Shown here: positions 48,792 through 60,400 of the stretch, piece after piece
Position numbering within the stretch: position 1 is the stretch's first letter
Layout of the letters: every line of letters begins with the position of its first letter
IMG/VR virus record: IMGVR_UViG_3300028048_000045
Span: 1 to 64,000 of that record
Length of the DNA: 64,000 bases
Reading direction: 5' to 3' (one strand)
From: a virus
Taxonomy: Duplodnaviria; Caudoviricetes
Notes under the pieces: generated by a model
What the model was told of the DNA's origin: nothing
Seen by the model: the letters and a program-made list of their open reading frames with translations, nothing else
Database searches by the model: none
Made by a program: the position numbers and the translations under genes

Positions 48792-49550
48792 ATGGAAGAC
48801 ATGTATGAAGATGAAGAATATGAAGACGATTTCACAACTTTTGGTGAAGATCAAAGCTTAGATTTAAATGAAACACAATATCAAGGCATAATCGATGGTT
48901 TACGTCAACAGTGTGCTACTATAAATCCTGGTATTGATAACACAGATTATTTTCAAATGTTCGTAAAAGAATATTTAAGACTTCCAGATCACGAGGACCT
49001 GGAAGACTGTACAATTTATGTTGATGAAAGATTAACTGAAAAAGATAGGGAAAAAATACACGAATTTTGTGCAGAAGTCTCAAATATTTATTCAAATTCA
49101 TTTGGTATTAACTTACCTGAAGGAAACATTTATCAATTATATTGTATTTATAAAATATTCGTTTTGAATATTTGTGATTATTTTATTCAATATGTATTAG
49201 GTATTCAAAAAATCGATGAAGATTTTGTTGAAGATATTCCTAACTGGAATGAATTATCATTCAAATACTATATGGAAAAAATAAACCATACTCCTATAAA
49301 TGATAATACAAAACCACAAATAGTCACTGACTACTTGGGTTATGTATTGGAATATGGTTTAATAGCAGAATCTTATATTGACGTAGCTTTATTGGAATCT
49401 GAAGGTAACGTTGAATTGTCTACACTATATATTGAAAGTGCCAATTATCGTCTCACCTATGACAACTCCTTCTTTAATCTCAAATTGAAGAAGATCTTTT
49501 CTTCTGATATAGAAGACGTCATAATTTCCAAACTTATCAGTATCCTGTAA
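48792..49550 (+). CDS. Hypothetical protein downstream of terminase
   Basis: 252 aa; AAGGAG RBS. Confidence 0.75.
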   Translation: MEDMYEDEEYEDDFTTFGEDQSLDLNETQYQGIIDGLRQQCATINPGIDNTDYFQMFVKEYLRLPDHEDLEDCTIYVDERLTEKDREKIHEFCAEVSNIYSNSFGINLPEGNIYQLYCIYKIFVLNICDYFIQYVLGIQKIDEDFVEDIPNWNELSFKYYMEKINHTPINDNTKPQIVTDYLGYVLEYGLIAESYIDVALLESEGNVELSTLYIESANYRLTYDNSFFNLKLKKIFSSDIEDVIISKLISIL

Positions 49551-50384
49551 AATCGAATCCATCGATTTATCTTTAGCAGCTAGTTCTAATGCTGCTAAAC
49601 GGATATCGTAAAAGCTTTCATTTATCTTACATTGTAGTTCATTGATGTGTTCTGCACGTTTTTGAACTACATAATTTTCAAGATTTGTTTCTGCTAGTTG
49701 CATTTGTTTTCTTACAGCTGCATCATATGATTTAACTGCTTTAACAAGGCTCGCGTTATGCGAGCTTTTATTTTTTATTAATTTTACAGTTCTTTCTCCA
49801 CCATTATAAGCATAAAAAGCGTAATCGTAACCATATTTAGTTACTAAATCCCAATAAAAATTCATACTCATAACCATATAAAAACAATATCTATTAGTAA
49901 TATGGGATTCATCCTTAGGATTATACCAATTTCTAAATTTTTCATTTTTAATGTTATTAGAATTTAATTGAGATGGACCGTAATCATATGAACCATCTTT
50001 ATTTTTATGCACAAATGCTGTGAATCTATTAGATTCATGCATCATTAGTGAGAAGAAATATGGACGCATTTCTTTTCTATCTTCTGTATAATATAAGAAA
50101 GCATCGCCATATTCAGCTGGAATATTATCTAAATAGAAATTTTCTTCCAACTTTTCATCGGATATAAGATAATGGGAAATTTTTTCATAATCAAATGTAA
50201 TATCCCATTCAATATCCTCTTTTTCAAGAACTTTTTCCTCTTCGATTTCAACTTGATTGATAGGCGCAACTCTACTATCAAAAACATTTGCTAACAGTAT
50301 TCTGAACATCGAAATACATAACACTGCTAATACTGCACATGTTACTATTAGCATTGAAATCACACTTTTATTATTGGTTTTCAT
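49425..50384 (-). CDS. Membrane-anchored lytic transglycosylase (SLT domain)
   Basis: N-terminal TM helix; MMHESN, NKDGSYDYGPSQLNS, AYNGG; early-type promoter at 50440-50449. Confidence 0.8.
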   Translation of the reverse strand: MKTNNKSVISMLIVTCAVLAVLCISMFRILLANVFDSRVAPINQVEIEEEKVLEKEDIEWDITFDYEKISHYLISDEKLEENFYLDNIPAEYGDAFLYYTEDRKEMRPYFFSLMMHESNRFTAFVHKNKDGSYDYGPSQLNSNNIKNEKFRNWYNPKDESHITNRYCFYMVMSMNFYWDLVTKYGYDYAFYAYNGGERTVKLIKNKSSHNASLVKAVKSYDAAVRKQMQLAETNLENYVVQKRAEHINELQCKINESFYDIRLAALELAAKDKSMDSILQDTDKFGNYDVFYIRRKDLLQFEIKEGVVIGETIIGTFNI

Positions 50385-50488
50385 AATTTTTATACCCCCA
50401 TAATTATGAATTATACAAATTTGTTGTATTTACATTATAATAATATATACATAAATTAAAAATAAATGAACAATACTGGTAATTTTCA

Positions 50489-50600
50489 ACATTATAATAT
50501 ATTTACAATGTAAACTACATTGATGCAATAATTGTGAGTTATAGCATTAAATGTTTTGTAATATTACAATTTTTTTATTTTATCCTCCGGAGGACATTGT
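50489..50600 (+). promoter_or_regulatory. Late-type promoter plus structured leader of sheath gene
   Basis: ACAttataATATA, three hairpins and the palindrome tcctccggagga over the SD. Confidence 0.55.
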
Positions 50601-52718
50601 ATGGTTATTGAAGATTCAGGCTTCGGTATTAACAGTATTGAAGTCATTGATAACTCTATAGGCAGTGTTTCTAGCACACCGGTATCTCACTCAATTTTAC
50701 CTTCATTACATGCTGTTTTTACATCAGATGGTGAAGATAATGTTATTCGTGAAATGACTGGTGGTTACGCCGAAGCTCTTGAAAAATACGGTTCAGACTT
50801 TGCCGATTCAAAGGCATATGGTCTTCAGAACCTTATCGCTGAAAACGTAATGAAAGCTGGAGCAACAGCTTATTTGTGTCGTCTTCTTCCTGAAGATGCA
50901 AAACTCGCTCACCTTATTTTCAAGGTAGCAATTAAGAAAGAATCAGAAATTCCACTTTACAAACGTAACATGTACGGAAATTTCGCTAAGGATGAACTTG
51001 GTCAGAAAATTCCTATCACTGTTACATCATCTGTTCCTACTACAGGGGTTGATCCTGACACTGGTGAGCCTTTAAATGGTGAAAATCAGGTAGTTACAAA
51101 TGCTACAACTTCTGGTTACAGAATCAAATTACTTGTTGAACAGTATGATGACACTGTAAAAGAGTATGCAACTGGTGCTAAAATTGCCGCTGGTGAAAAA
51201 CGTATTATTCATAGTGACTCTGATTGGAACATTTTCCCATTATTCACTATGTATTACTATGCACGTGGTAAATGTGGTAATGATTATGGTTTCCGTATCA
51301 TCAACGATTATGCTCGTGATGAAGCAGTTAATGATGGACGCCGTTATGAATTATTCCTTTTGAAGAAAACTTCAGCTGGAGCTCTTACTCTTAGTATTGG
51401 TAATGATTTAAGCTTCTCTTTCAATCCTAATGCTCAGGTTTCTAAAACAATTCCTGTTGTTGAAGGTTTACAGAAGGTTTATCAGAACCTTGATGATTCT
51501 AAGAATAAGAAACAGATTCAGCTCGAATACTATCAGGATAATTATGATGAACTCGTAAGTTATCTTAGAAATTTACTTACTGAAGAACCTGTTATTACTG
51601 AAGGAATTGATGAATCTGATCTTTACAGAATGACAGTTCCTGAAACTGTTGAAGATTTCGATTTCATCAATGGTCGTGATAAAGCTGGTAATCAGTATGA
51701 TAACGTTGTTATTGATAATGACAGTGTTGATGTTTCTACACCTGTTTACATGAATGGTGGTTCTGATGGAGCCATTGAATCTATGTCTGGTGAAGAACTC
51801 GAAACATATCGTAATAATATGCTTAAGAGATTCTTTAAGTGTGAAATCGACACATCAACAATCACAAATGTACTCAAATGTGATGCTGGAATTATCTATG
51901 ACTCAAACTATCCACTTGAAGTAAAAGCAGCTATGGCCAACATTGTACAGAATCGTCGTGATATCTGTGTTATTTGGGATACTGGATTTACTGATAATCT
52001 TGAACAGGCTTGTGCAATTGCTCAGCAGCTTCTTGCTCTTGTTCCAGGCGCAGCAAGTGAAAACTTTGCTATTATTCCTCACTGTGGTATTACTGCAGAT
52101 CGTGGAATTAATGTACGTGTAACTGGTACATATGAACTTTCAAATGACATTCATTCAATTTATTTTAGTCATCCTTTCGTTAAGATTGCTGGTGCACAAC
52201 ATGATTATGGATGCGTTCGTAAAACAATCTTTGACTGGGTAATCGAAGAAACTATTCCTAAGGGATATCAGATCAAGCTTGCTAAAGCTAATAAACTTTA
52301 TTGGGCTACCGATCTTGGTAAAGCTCTTTCTAACACAATCGTTGGTAATTATACTGGAAAGAATGTTTATTTCTTCTCAGATGCTAACTGTTATAAAGAA
52401 CAAATTTCTAAGCTTGCTGAGTTTAGAAACTCATTACTTATCAATGATATCCGCCGTATTGTTAAACTCGTTCTTGTTAAATACACATTTGATTCTGATG
52501 GTGCTGATGCTGCTATCGAGAAAGCAAGTGAAGAACTGAAATCTATTTTCCAGAATAGATATCCTAACAACATTATCCTCGATTATAACTTATACCAGTC
52601 TAATCGTGATAAGCTTCTTAATCAAGCTTCTTGTGATATTTCCGTTACATTCCCTGATGTATTTGATTCTTGGAATTGTACTATTACAGCTAACCGTAAT
52701 GGTGTTAAGGAGGCTTAA
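50601..52718 (+). CDS. Tail sheath protein
   Basis: 705 aa; YLCRLLPEDAKLA, RGKCGN, GGSDG, DSNYPLEVKAAMANIVQNRRD. Confidence 0.88.
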   Translation: MVIEDSGFGINSIEVIDNSIGSVSSTPVSHSILPSLHAVFTSDGEDNVIREMTGGYAEALEKYGSDFADSKAYGLQNLIAENVMKAGATAYLCRLLPEDAKLAHLIFKVAIKKESEIPLYKRNMYGNFAKDELGQKIPITVTSSVPTTGVDPDTGEPLNGENQVVTNATTSGYRIKLLVEQYDDTVKEYATGAKIAAGEKRIIHSDSDWNIFPLFTMYYYARGKCGNDYGFRIINDYARDEAVNDGRRYELFLLKKTSAGALTLSIGNDLSFSFNPNAQVSKTIPVVEGLQKVYQNLDDSKNKKQIQLEYYQDNYDELVSYLRNLLTEEPVITEGIDESDLYRMTVPETVEDFDFINGRDKAGNQYDNVVIDNDSVDVSTPVYMNGGSDGAIESMSGEELETYRNNMLKRFFKCEIDTSTITNVLKCDAGIIYDSNYPLEVKAAMANIVQNRRDICVIWDTGFTDNLEQACAIAQQLLALVPGAASENFAIIPHCGITADRGINVRVTGTYELSNDIHSIYFSHPFVKIAGAQHDYGCVRKTIFDWVIEETIPKGYQIKLAKANKLYWATDLGKALSNTIVGNYTGKNVYFFSDANCYKEQISKLAEFRNSLLINDIRRIVKLVLVKYTFDSDGADAAIEKASEELKSIFQNRYPNNIILDYNLYQSNRDKLLNQASCDISVTFPDVFDSWNCTITANRNGVKEA

Positions 52719-52720
52719 TT

Positions 52721-53806
52721 ATGGCAGATATGATTGAAGGTATGTATAAAAGTGAAAAAGATTTCGGAAAAGGTGGCATCAATGGTATGCACCATAAAGT
52801 AGTCGGTTGGGATAATACAACCGTCGGTATGGCATCATCTGTATTCGATAATCTTCTTTCTCAGAATGGTGTTAAATCATTCGATCCTAACCATATTGGT
52901 GCTCTTGAACCTATTCGTACTGGTAAGTTCATTGTAAAATGGCTTAAAGTACCAGCGTTCTTTGATCCTGTAGCTGTTAAATATCTTAAGTTCTTCCTTG
53001 AAAATGCTGTAAGAAGCGTTGAAGGAATTGCTGATAACCAGATCAATGCTTCTGGTTCAGTTACATTTGGACCAAACGGACAACAGTTCGACTTCCCTGG
53101 TCAGCTTACTCAAGGTAACAAAGATGTTACACTCAATACTATTACTTGTACTGGTGATGGTCTTGGTAAACTTATGCGTTACTGGATGTATGGTATTACT
53201 GACCCTGTAACAAATATCCACCATATGTATGGTAAGGATCTTCGTTTTATCCGTCCAAACTATTCAGGAACATTGCTTTATGTATTCCTCGGACCTACAT
53301 GTCGTCCTGGTGACATTGAATATGCATGTCTTTGGAATGAAGTATGGCCTTCATCTCCTGATGGTATTTCTAAATTTAACTCTGGTGAAATTGGTAGTGA
53401 TACAGCAGTTGATGCTCAGTCAGTTACTCTTTCTGGTATTTTCCAGGATGGACCAGAAGTTAACATTCTTGCAAAATACATTGTTGCTGGTACAGGTCTT
53501 GCTGGTCAGTCATACTTCGAACAAATGCTTCCTGCATATATGTACGATAAGTATATCGGACCTCTTAGTAATCCTACTACTCGTGGTGATGTTCAGAAAC
53601 AACTGGATATGACTATCGCAACACGTATGGCTTCTGATGCTGCTGGTGATGTATACGGTAATGCTCTTGGAACTCGTAAAGCAGTTACAGAACAGTATGG
53701 TATTAATACATCTGCTGTAAGTGGTGAAGCTACAAGAACTGTAGACGGTATGTACAGTGAAATTTCAGGTGATAACGCTTTCAATTCTGATAAATTCACT
53801 AGTTAA
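52721..53806 (+). CDS. Tail tube protein
   Basis: Directly after sheath; YWMYGITDPVT...NYSGTLLY...IEYACLWNEVWP. Confidence 0.8.
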   Translation: MADMIEGMYKSEKDFGKGGINGMHHKVVGWDNTTVGMASSVFDNLLSQNGVKSFDPNHIGALEPIRTGKFIVKWLKVPAFFDPVAVKYLKFFLENAVRSVEGIADNQINASGSVTFGPNGQQFDFPGQLTQGNKDVTLNTITCTGDGLGKLMRYWMYGITDPVTNIHHMYGKDLRFIRPNYSGTLLYVFLGPTCRPGDIEYACLWNEVWPSSPDGISKFNSGEIGSDTAVDAQSVTLSGIFQDGPEVNILAKYIVAGTGLAGQSYFEQMLPAYMYDKYIGPLSNPTTRGDVQKQLDMTIATRMASDAAGDVYGNALGTRKAVTEQYGINTSAVSGEATRTVDGMYSEISGDNAFNSDKFTS

Positions 53807-53830
53807 TAATTTATACCAATAAATTATTAA

Positions 53831-53866
53831 ATAAGTACTGGGATTCGTCCCAGTACTTATATTTTT
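53831..53866. terminator. Bidirectional terminator
   Basis: ataagtactggga-ttcg-tcccagtacttat. Confidence 0.8.
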
Positions 53867-54347
53867 AAAAAAGTTTTAAAGTTATTTTATAACAGTTAAT
53901 TCCTGTATTAACCATTGTATTGTGTACAGTAGAACCATCAGAAAGTTTATATCTTGAATTAGAAATGTTGTCTATTACCATAATAGCAAGTTTTCTAATC
54001 TTTTCAGGTTCATCATCTTTATAACGTTTGCTTAAAAGATCAAGATATTTATAAAGTTTGTTAGGTAAACGTTTTTTATAAATTTTATAATAATCAAAAA
54101 TTGATTTTCTTGGGAAATAATCTCCATTTTCATTTTTTCTTAACGAATTATAAAATTCGATGAAACTCATATGAACATCTTTTACACCATCTAACAGACT
54201 AAATTTTATATAAATATATTTTGTTTTCTTTATATTTTCAGTAACACGTAAATACTCATTACAAGTATCAGTTTTACTTATTTTTTGAATCTGTTCAATA
54301 ATATAATTAGCAATAATTTGTGCTTTGATTTTCTTAAAAATTTTCAT
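53865..54347 (-). CDS. Hypothetical basic protein
   Basis: 160 aa; AGGAGG RBS; late-type promoter at 54371-54383. Confidence 0.7.
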   Translation of the reverse strand: MKIFKKIKAQIIANYIIEQIQKISKTDTCNEYLRVTENIKKTKYIYIKFSLLDGVKDVHMSFIEFYNSLRKNENGDYFPRKSIFDYYKIYKKRLPNKLYKYLDLLSKRYKDDEPEKIRKLAIMVIDNISNSRYKLSDGSTVHNTMVNTGINCYKITLKLF

Positions 54348-54370
54348 TTCGGTAAATCCTCCTAAATATT

Positions 54371-54421
54371 TATATAAAAATGTAAGTCTGGTATTAGTTT
54401 ATTAAAAGACATTTCTATATA
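54371..54421. promoter_or_regulatory. Divergent pair of late-type promoters
   Basis: ACAtttttATATA on minus (54371-54383); ACAtttctATATA on plus (54409-54421). Confidence 0.7.
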
Positions 54422-54461
54422 CTAATAATGAGTAAAATATGTCCTTTAAAGGAGCAAATAT

Positions 54462-57400
54462 ATGAAAAAAGGTAATAATTCTGGAAATGATGATTTTTCT
54501 TTTTCTACCGGTGGTGGAGACGAATTCTTTCCTTTAAATGTTGATAAAAATAATAATAAAGATACCAAAGCTCCTAAAGGAGTAAAAGGGTATCTTAAAA
54601 ATGTTGCAAAATCTGTAGTTAATCTTGGTGTTAAAACTGGAAAACATTTATATCCTGAAGCTGTTGAACTTGGTGAAAAATTTAAACCTGATACAACCTC
54701 TACAACTAATCCAAAAGCATATATTGCTAACTGGAAAGCTGAAGCTAAAAAATATACTGATATCGGTAAAGATATACTTGGAAGCGCTGTAAAAGATGCT
54801 AAAGATGCAGTAAGAACTGGTAAATTTGTAAAAACTGAAGACGAACGTAATAATGCTGAAGAAATGTTCGGTGATATGTTTGGTGATGATGGGTTCGACT
54901 TTGGTGGTGATAGTGTTTCATTTGATTCTGATATAGGTGGAGATGATTCTAATTTTAATCTCGGATCAGATGACGATAGTGGTTCTGTTGGAGCTACTTT
55001 AAATGTTGGTTCTGCTGTTGTAAAATCAAGTTACGCTAATGCAAGATTAAATACAAAACTTACTGAAACAACCAATGCTACAATAGTTGGTGCTACTCAA
55101 ACTCAAATTAAATCTGATAGAGCAATGTTTGCTCAAAATCTTGAAATTTCTCAAGAACAACATCGACAGAAAATGTTGATGATGACAAATATTGCAACAA
55201 ATATTGGTAAGATCATCGAGCAGGGAAATGTTTCTATAAAAGCTCAGATAGAATTCTCTGCTAAACAATTGGCATTCTCTCAAGATTTAGCCGCTATGGT
55301 TAAAGAAGTTAGAGATGCTCAATGGGCTCAAATTAAACCTAAGAAAGCCGGCGATGTTAAGAAATCTAAATTCCAATCTATATTTGGAAATGGCAAAACT
55401 AGCGGATTTAATCTTGGAGAATTTCAGAAACATTTCTTTAATAGTATGAAATCTGAAGCTGCTGGTGGAGCATTCGATATGCTTGGCACTGGTAAAGAAA
55501 TGATCGACATGATGATGGATATGGGTGGTGGTGCAGGTGCTTTAAAGAACATGATATCCGATATGCTCTTTGAATCTGCTGTAGATGCTATCACTGGCGG
55601 TCGATCTTCTTATGGCTCAAGATTATTAAATTCTAAACTTGAAGGGTTACCTGGTGCTGTAAATCGTAAATTAGGTTCTATATCAAAACGAGGTGCTCCT
55701 GGTTTAGAAAAACTATTAGGTAAATTACCATTTGGTATTGGAAATAAAATAGATCTAAAACAACTTGCTGGTTGGGCTCACGTAGATAACGATGTTAAAT
55801 TAAAGTCCGGCAAATATGATATGGATCCGTCAGAAGTACATCCATTTGATAATGCTGCTCATAAAGCTTTAACAGAAGTTATCCCTTGGCAACTTGCAAA
55901 AATCGATGCTGGTATCAATAGAACTGAACAAGAATTTTTTAATTACAAGAGTAATAAATGGGAAAAAGTTTCTTCTATTAGAAAACATCTTGATAGAACT
56001 AGAGAAGAAGTTCTTGAATATTCTAACGGATATAGTGCTATTAATGATCGTCTTGCTACAGGTATCGATTTAAAGAATTCTTATAAACAAATTCTTACCG
56101 AATATGAAACCAATCCTACATTCAAAGCAGGATATTATAATAAAACTTGGAATAAAGATAAAGCGCAAGCTGCAGTTAATTTAGGTACTGAAGCTAAAAA
56201 ATTCATTATGAAAAATAAGAAAACTCTTATTCATAATGTTATGATGATTGCTTCTGATGAAGAAATGGATGATGTATTAGCTTCATTACTTGATAATGAA
56301 TCTGATAATTTCCCTAGATTCTTTGAAGGGGTCCCATCTCCTACTGGAGAATTAACTGAAGAAATCGTAGCTTATTATTTATACAATACAATTAAAGAAT
56401 TTTCTAAAGCTGAACCTCAGGAATGGATTTCTTTCCAAACAGATCTGGCTAGTTATAAAAATAAATTAACTTCTAACAACTTTGAAAATGAAGATAAATA
56501 TTTTGGAGCTGGAGCAGGTATAGCTTTCGATGCTTCTATTTCTAGCGATATTTTTGAAAATGAACGTAATGAATTAAATAAACAGCGTCAAAAATTGGAA
56601 AAAAGAAAAGAAGCTTTACTTAAAAAAGATAGTAAAACTCTAAAGTTAGAATCTTTAAGTAGCAAATATTTAGGTAAAGACGTTGAAAGTGTAAAAGATA
56701 TTAACGATCAACTTAAAAAATTAAGTGCTGCTGAAAGAGATTTAAATGAACGAGAAGCTACTAGTACAACAGGTATGCTTAAAGTTCATTCTCCTTCCGA
56801 CGCTGATAAATTTATTATTTCAGATTTACACGATAGTTCTACACACGGTTTAATAAATAATATCTTTAATCTTTTGTTAACTGGATTGGATGTTTATGTT
56901 AAAAATCCTTCAGGTAAACAACACGATTACCATAAACAAATTATAGATAGTGCTCTTTCTATAAAAGAAGCTGCTATAAGAAAATCTAAAGCTTCTGAAA
57001 CTGAAGAAGATGAATCTAATGTATTCGGTGTAGATTCTGTTAGTAAAACTTTAGCAGATCGCGAGGCTTCTTTTAATTCTTCTGATAAAGCATTTGAAAA
57101 TACACTTTGGGGAAAAATACCTGGAATGAAAAGTGTTTATAGAGCTTTTAATAAAGCTACTAATGGTATTAATAATTTTGGTAACAGAATTCTTGGTGAA
57201 AATTTCTATTCTGTACATGATTCATTCCAACCTATTGATGAAAATGGTGAATATTTTAGAACAGTACTTACAGAAGAAGAACGTTCTAAATATCGCGAAT
57301 TGAAGAATCAATATGATTCTGCTCCTAAAGAAGCTAAAGATAAGATTAAATCTGAAATCAAAACTTTATTGATGAAATCAAAGAACTCTAAAGCTGCTAA

Positions 57401-60400
57401 ATCTTTAAAATTTGGAGCAAACATTTTCACATCAGCTTTCAATAGATCTGAACTTTCAAAATCTATTAAAGTTTTAGGTTCTAAACTTTCTAGAGTTTCT
57501 GTAAAAGGTAAAACTCTTGGTGAATATGTATCTGAAACTAATAATTCAGAATTGATGAATAAACTCTCTAAAGCTACATCTGTAGAAGAAAAAATCAATA
57601 TTATTAGAGATATGGGTTCTTCTAAAGCAAAAGCTTTTGCTGATGAAGCTCAGAAACAATATAATACTAATAAATCTAAATTCGATTCTGATTTTAAAGA
57701 TAGTGCAAGTGGAAAATATACTCTAGATAGTATAAAAGCTGGTTTAGGTAAGAAAATTTATAGTGGACTTTCTACTGTTCAGAATAAAGTTCTTGGTAAC
57801 GAATTAGTTAATATTAAAGATGCTAAGGGTAATAAATTAAAAGATACTCTTGCTGAAATAAATAGTCAAGTTCTTAATTATAAACTTGCTAAAGAACCTG
57901 ATCCTGCAGAAAAATGTAAGATTTTGTTAAACGCAGATTACAAAGAACTTGAACCTTTCAAACCTAAGATTGAAGAATTTAGAGCTAAAGCTCTTGAAGA
58001 TCTTAGTAATTCTGGTTCTATAAAAGGTATACTTGGAAACTTTAAAAACAAGATACTTGATACTGTTAAAAATAAAATCGGTGGAAAATTAGCAGCAATG
58101 AATCAGAATAGAATTTTATCTGGAGACCTTATCAAGTTAAAAAATAAGGAAACTGGTAAAACTATTGGACAAATTGTTTCTGAAATAAACGATCCTTCTT
58201 TAATTTTAAATCTTAATTCTGCTAAATCTGTAGATGAAAAAATCAATATTTTACTTGCTTATGATAATCCTCAATTAAACAAATGCAAACAAGATTTAAT
58301 TAAATTTAAAAAGTCTGCAGCTTCATTGGATAAATCATTCGGTGGTATAGTTGCTTGGACTAAACAAAGAGGAAAAGAAAATCTTGATAAATTCATTAAG
58401 AACACTTTAATTAAGAAATTAAAGAAAATTAAAGTTGGAGAAAAAACTCTTGGTGAAGTTCTTGGAGAAATAGCTAAAAAAGATCCTAGTTTTGGTGAAA
58501 AGATCGAATCTTTCAATACTATGACTGATTTAGCAGAATTCTTACTTCAAAGTTCTAATCCAGAATTACAACCTTTTAAGAAAGCTATTCGTGAATTAAA
58601 AGATAAACATATGGATGATGAAGCACAAGGTGGAGTAGCTGGTATTGTTGGAATGGGTCTTGTTACAGGTTTCGATATGATTAAGAAATCTATCGACGGT
58701 GTTAAGAGTTTATTTAGTAAACGTAAAAAAGATGCTAATGAAGAGTTATCTATAATTGAAAAATATGTTCATCCCGATATTATTAAATTATTTGGTGGAA
58801 CAAAAGCTACAATGGATGTAATCGATTCTCTCGGTATTGATGTCGAATTAGCTTTCAAAGATAATGAATATCATAAAGCTTCTAAACAAATTGAATTTAT
58901 TCTCGATGCTAACAAATCTGCTAAACGCCTTAATGGTAAACAGAAACGTGCTCTTAAAGGTTTGATGAGATCTGAACTTGATAAAGAAGCTGCAACAGCA
59001 TCTATCAATTCTATTAATTCAAAAATTTCATCTATAAATAATAGTTTCCAAAATGAAATGTCTAAATATGGTGATTCTATGTCTGCTTCTGAAAAGAAAC
59101 GGTTAGAAGCTATGAGAGATGAAGATCTTGATAGAGAAAATCGTAAATTAGACAAAGCTAAAAATCGTAAAGATAAAGCTTCTAGAAAAATAAATAATGC
59201 TCTTGGTGATGAAGACGGTGTAGAAGGCAATTCAGCCAGTGAACAACGTGAAGCTAAAGCTAGAGCTAAAGAAGAAAAAGAAAGAGCTAAAGAAAATAAA
59301 ATGCGTTTTGGTTTACTTTCTACATTAGTTTCAACTATTACTGGTTGGAAAAAGAAAGGATTTAAACTAGACGATGAATCTACTAGTAAAATGCAAGATG
59401 CTATTTCTGAAGGAGCTAAACAGGGTTCTAGTGAAGGTTGGTCTGGAAAGATTTCAGCATTCATGGATAATACAGGTTTAAGTAATACTAAACTTGGTAA
59501 AGGAATACAGACTGTATTAAATAAAGGTGGATCTTTTGCTAGACATATAACTGGAAATGATAAAATAGCATCATTCTTAGGAAAATCTAAGATTGGTAGT
59601 ACTGTTTTAGGAGTTGCTGGTAAATTTGGTGGTGGCGCAGCTGCTGCTACTGGTGGTTCATCAATGTTAGGTGGAGCTGCTGCTGCAGTTGGTGGCGGTG
59701 GTACAGCATTAGGTGGATTAACAAAAGTTTTACAAAAAATTTTAAGTGCGCCTAAAGTAATAGCTAAACTTGGTAAATCTGGCGTCCAAACAGTCATTTC
59801 TGGTATAAAAGATGGTGCTAAAAGAGTATTAACTAAGATATTCCCTAAATTAGCTACTTTAAACGGTATGGCTACTAACTTTGTAGGTTGGGCTGCTTTA
59901 GCAGCAACAGCAGTTACAAATTTCATTAAAGGAATGTCTAGAGCTAAAACTACATTTAATATCGGTAGAGGTTTAAGACCTACTGTTGGTATGCGTTTAG
60001 CTTGTGGTTTGGCTGCAATGCTCGATGGTGTACTTTTAGGAATACCTGGTACTATTTGTAAAGCTATGGGATTTAGAAATGCTGAAGAATGGTTCTATTC
60101 TATAGTTGGAAAAACTGCAGAAAAAGAAGCATTGAGTAGATATGCAAAATATAATAGTATGCGTGCTACTATTTTCGGTATCGATGATCCTCAGAACTTG
60201 ATAGCTTATGAAAATAGAAATCTTGAAAAAGGTGGAAATTTCTTTGATAATCTTGGTTCTGGTGCTAAACGTTTAGGAAGAGCTATTGCTAATGTAGCTA
60301 CATTAGGAATTGCTAAAAACAATGATGAAAAAGATTCACAGTTACTCGGATTCCAATCTGTTGATATTTTCAAGATGTGGAAAGAGAGAAAATATACTCC

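Noticed and set aside
58871-59926. 351-aa antisense ORF
   Set aside because: Shadow frame of the Ala/Gly/Lys-rich tape-measure gene; no RBS or promoter.
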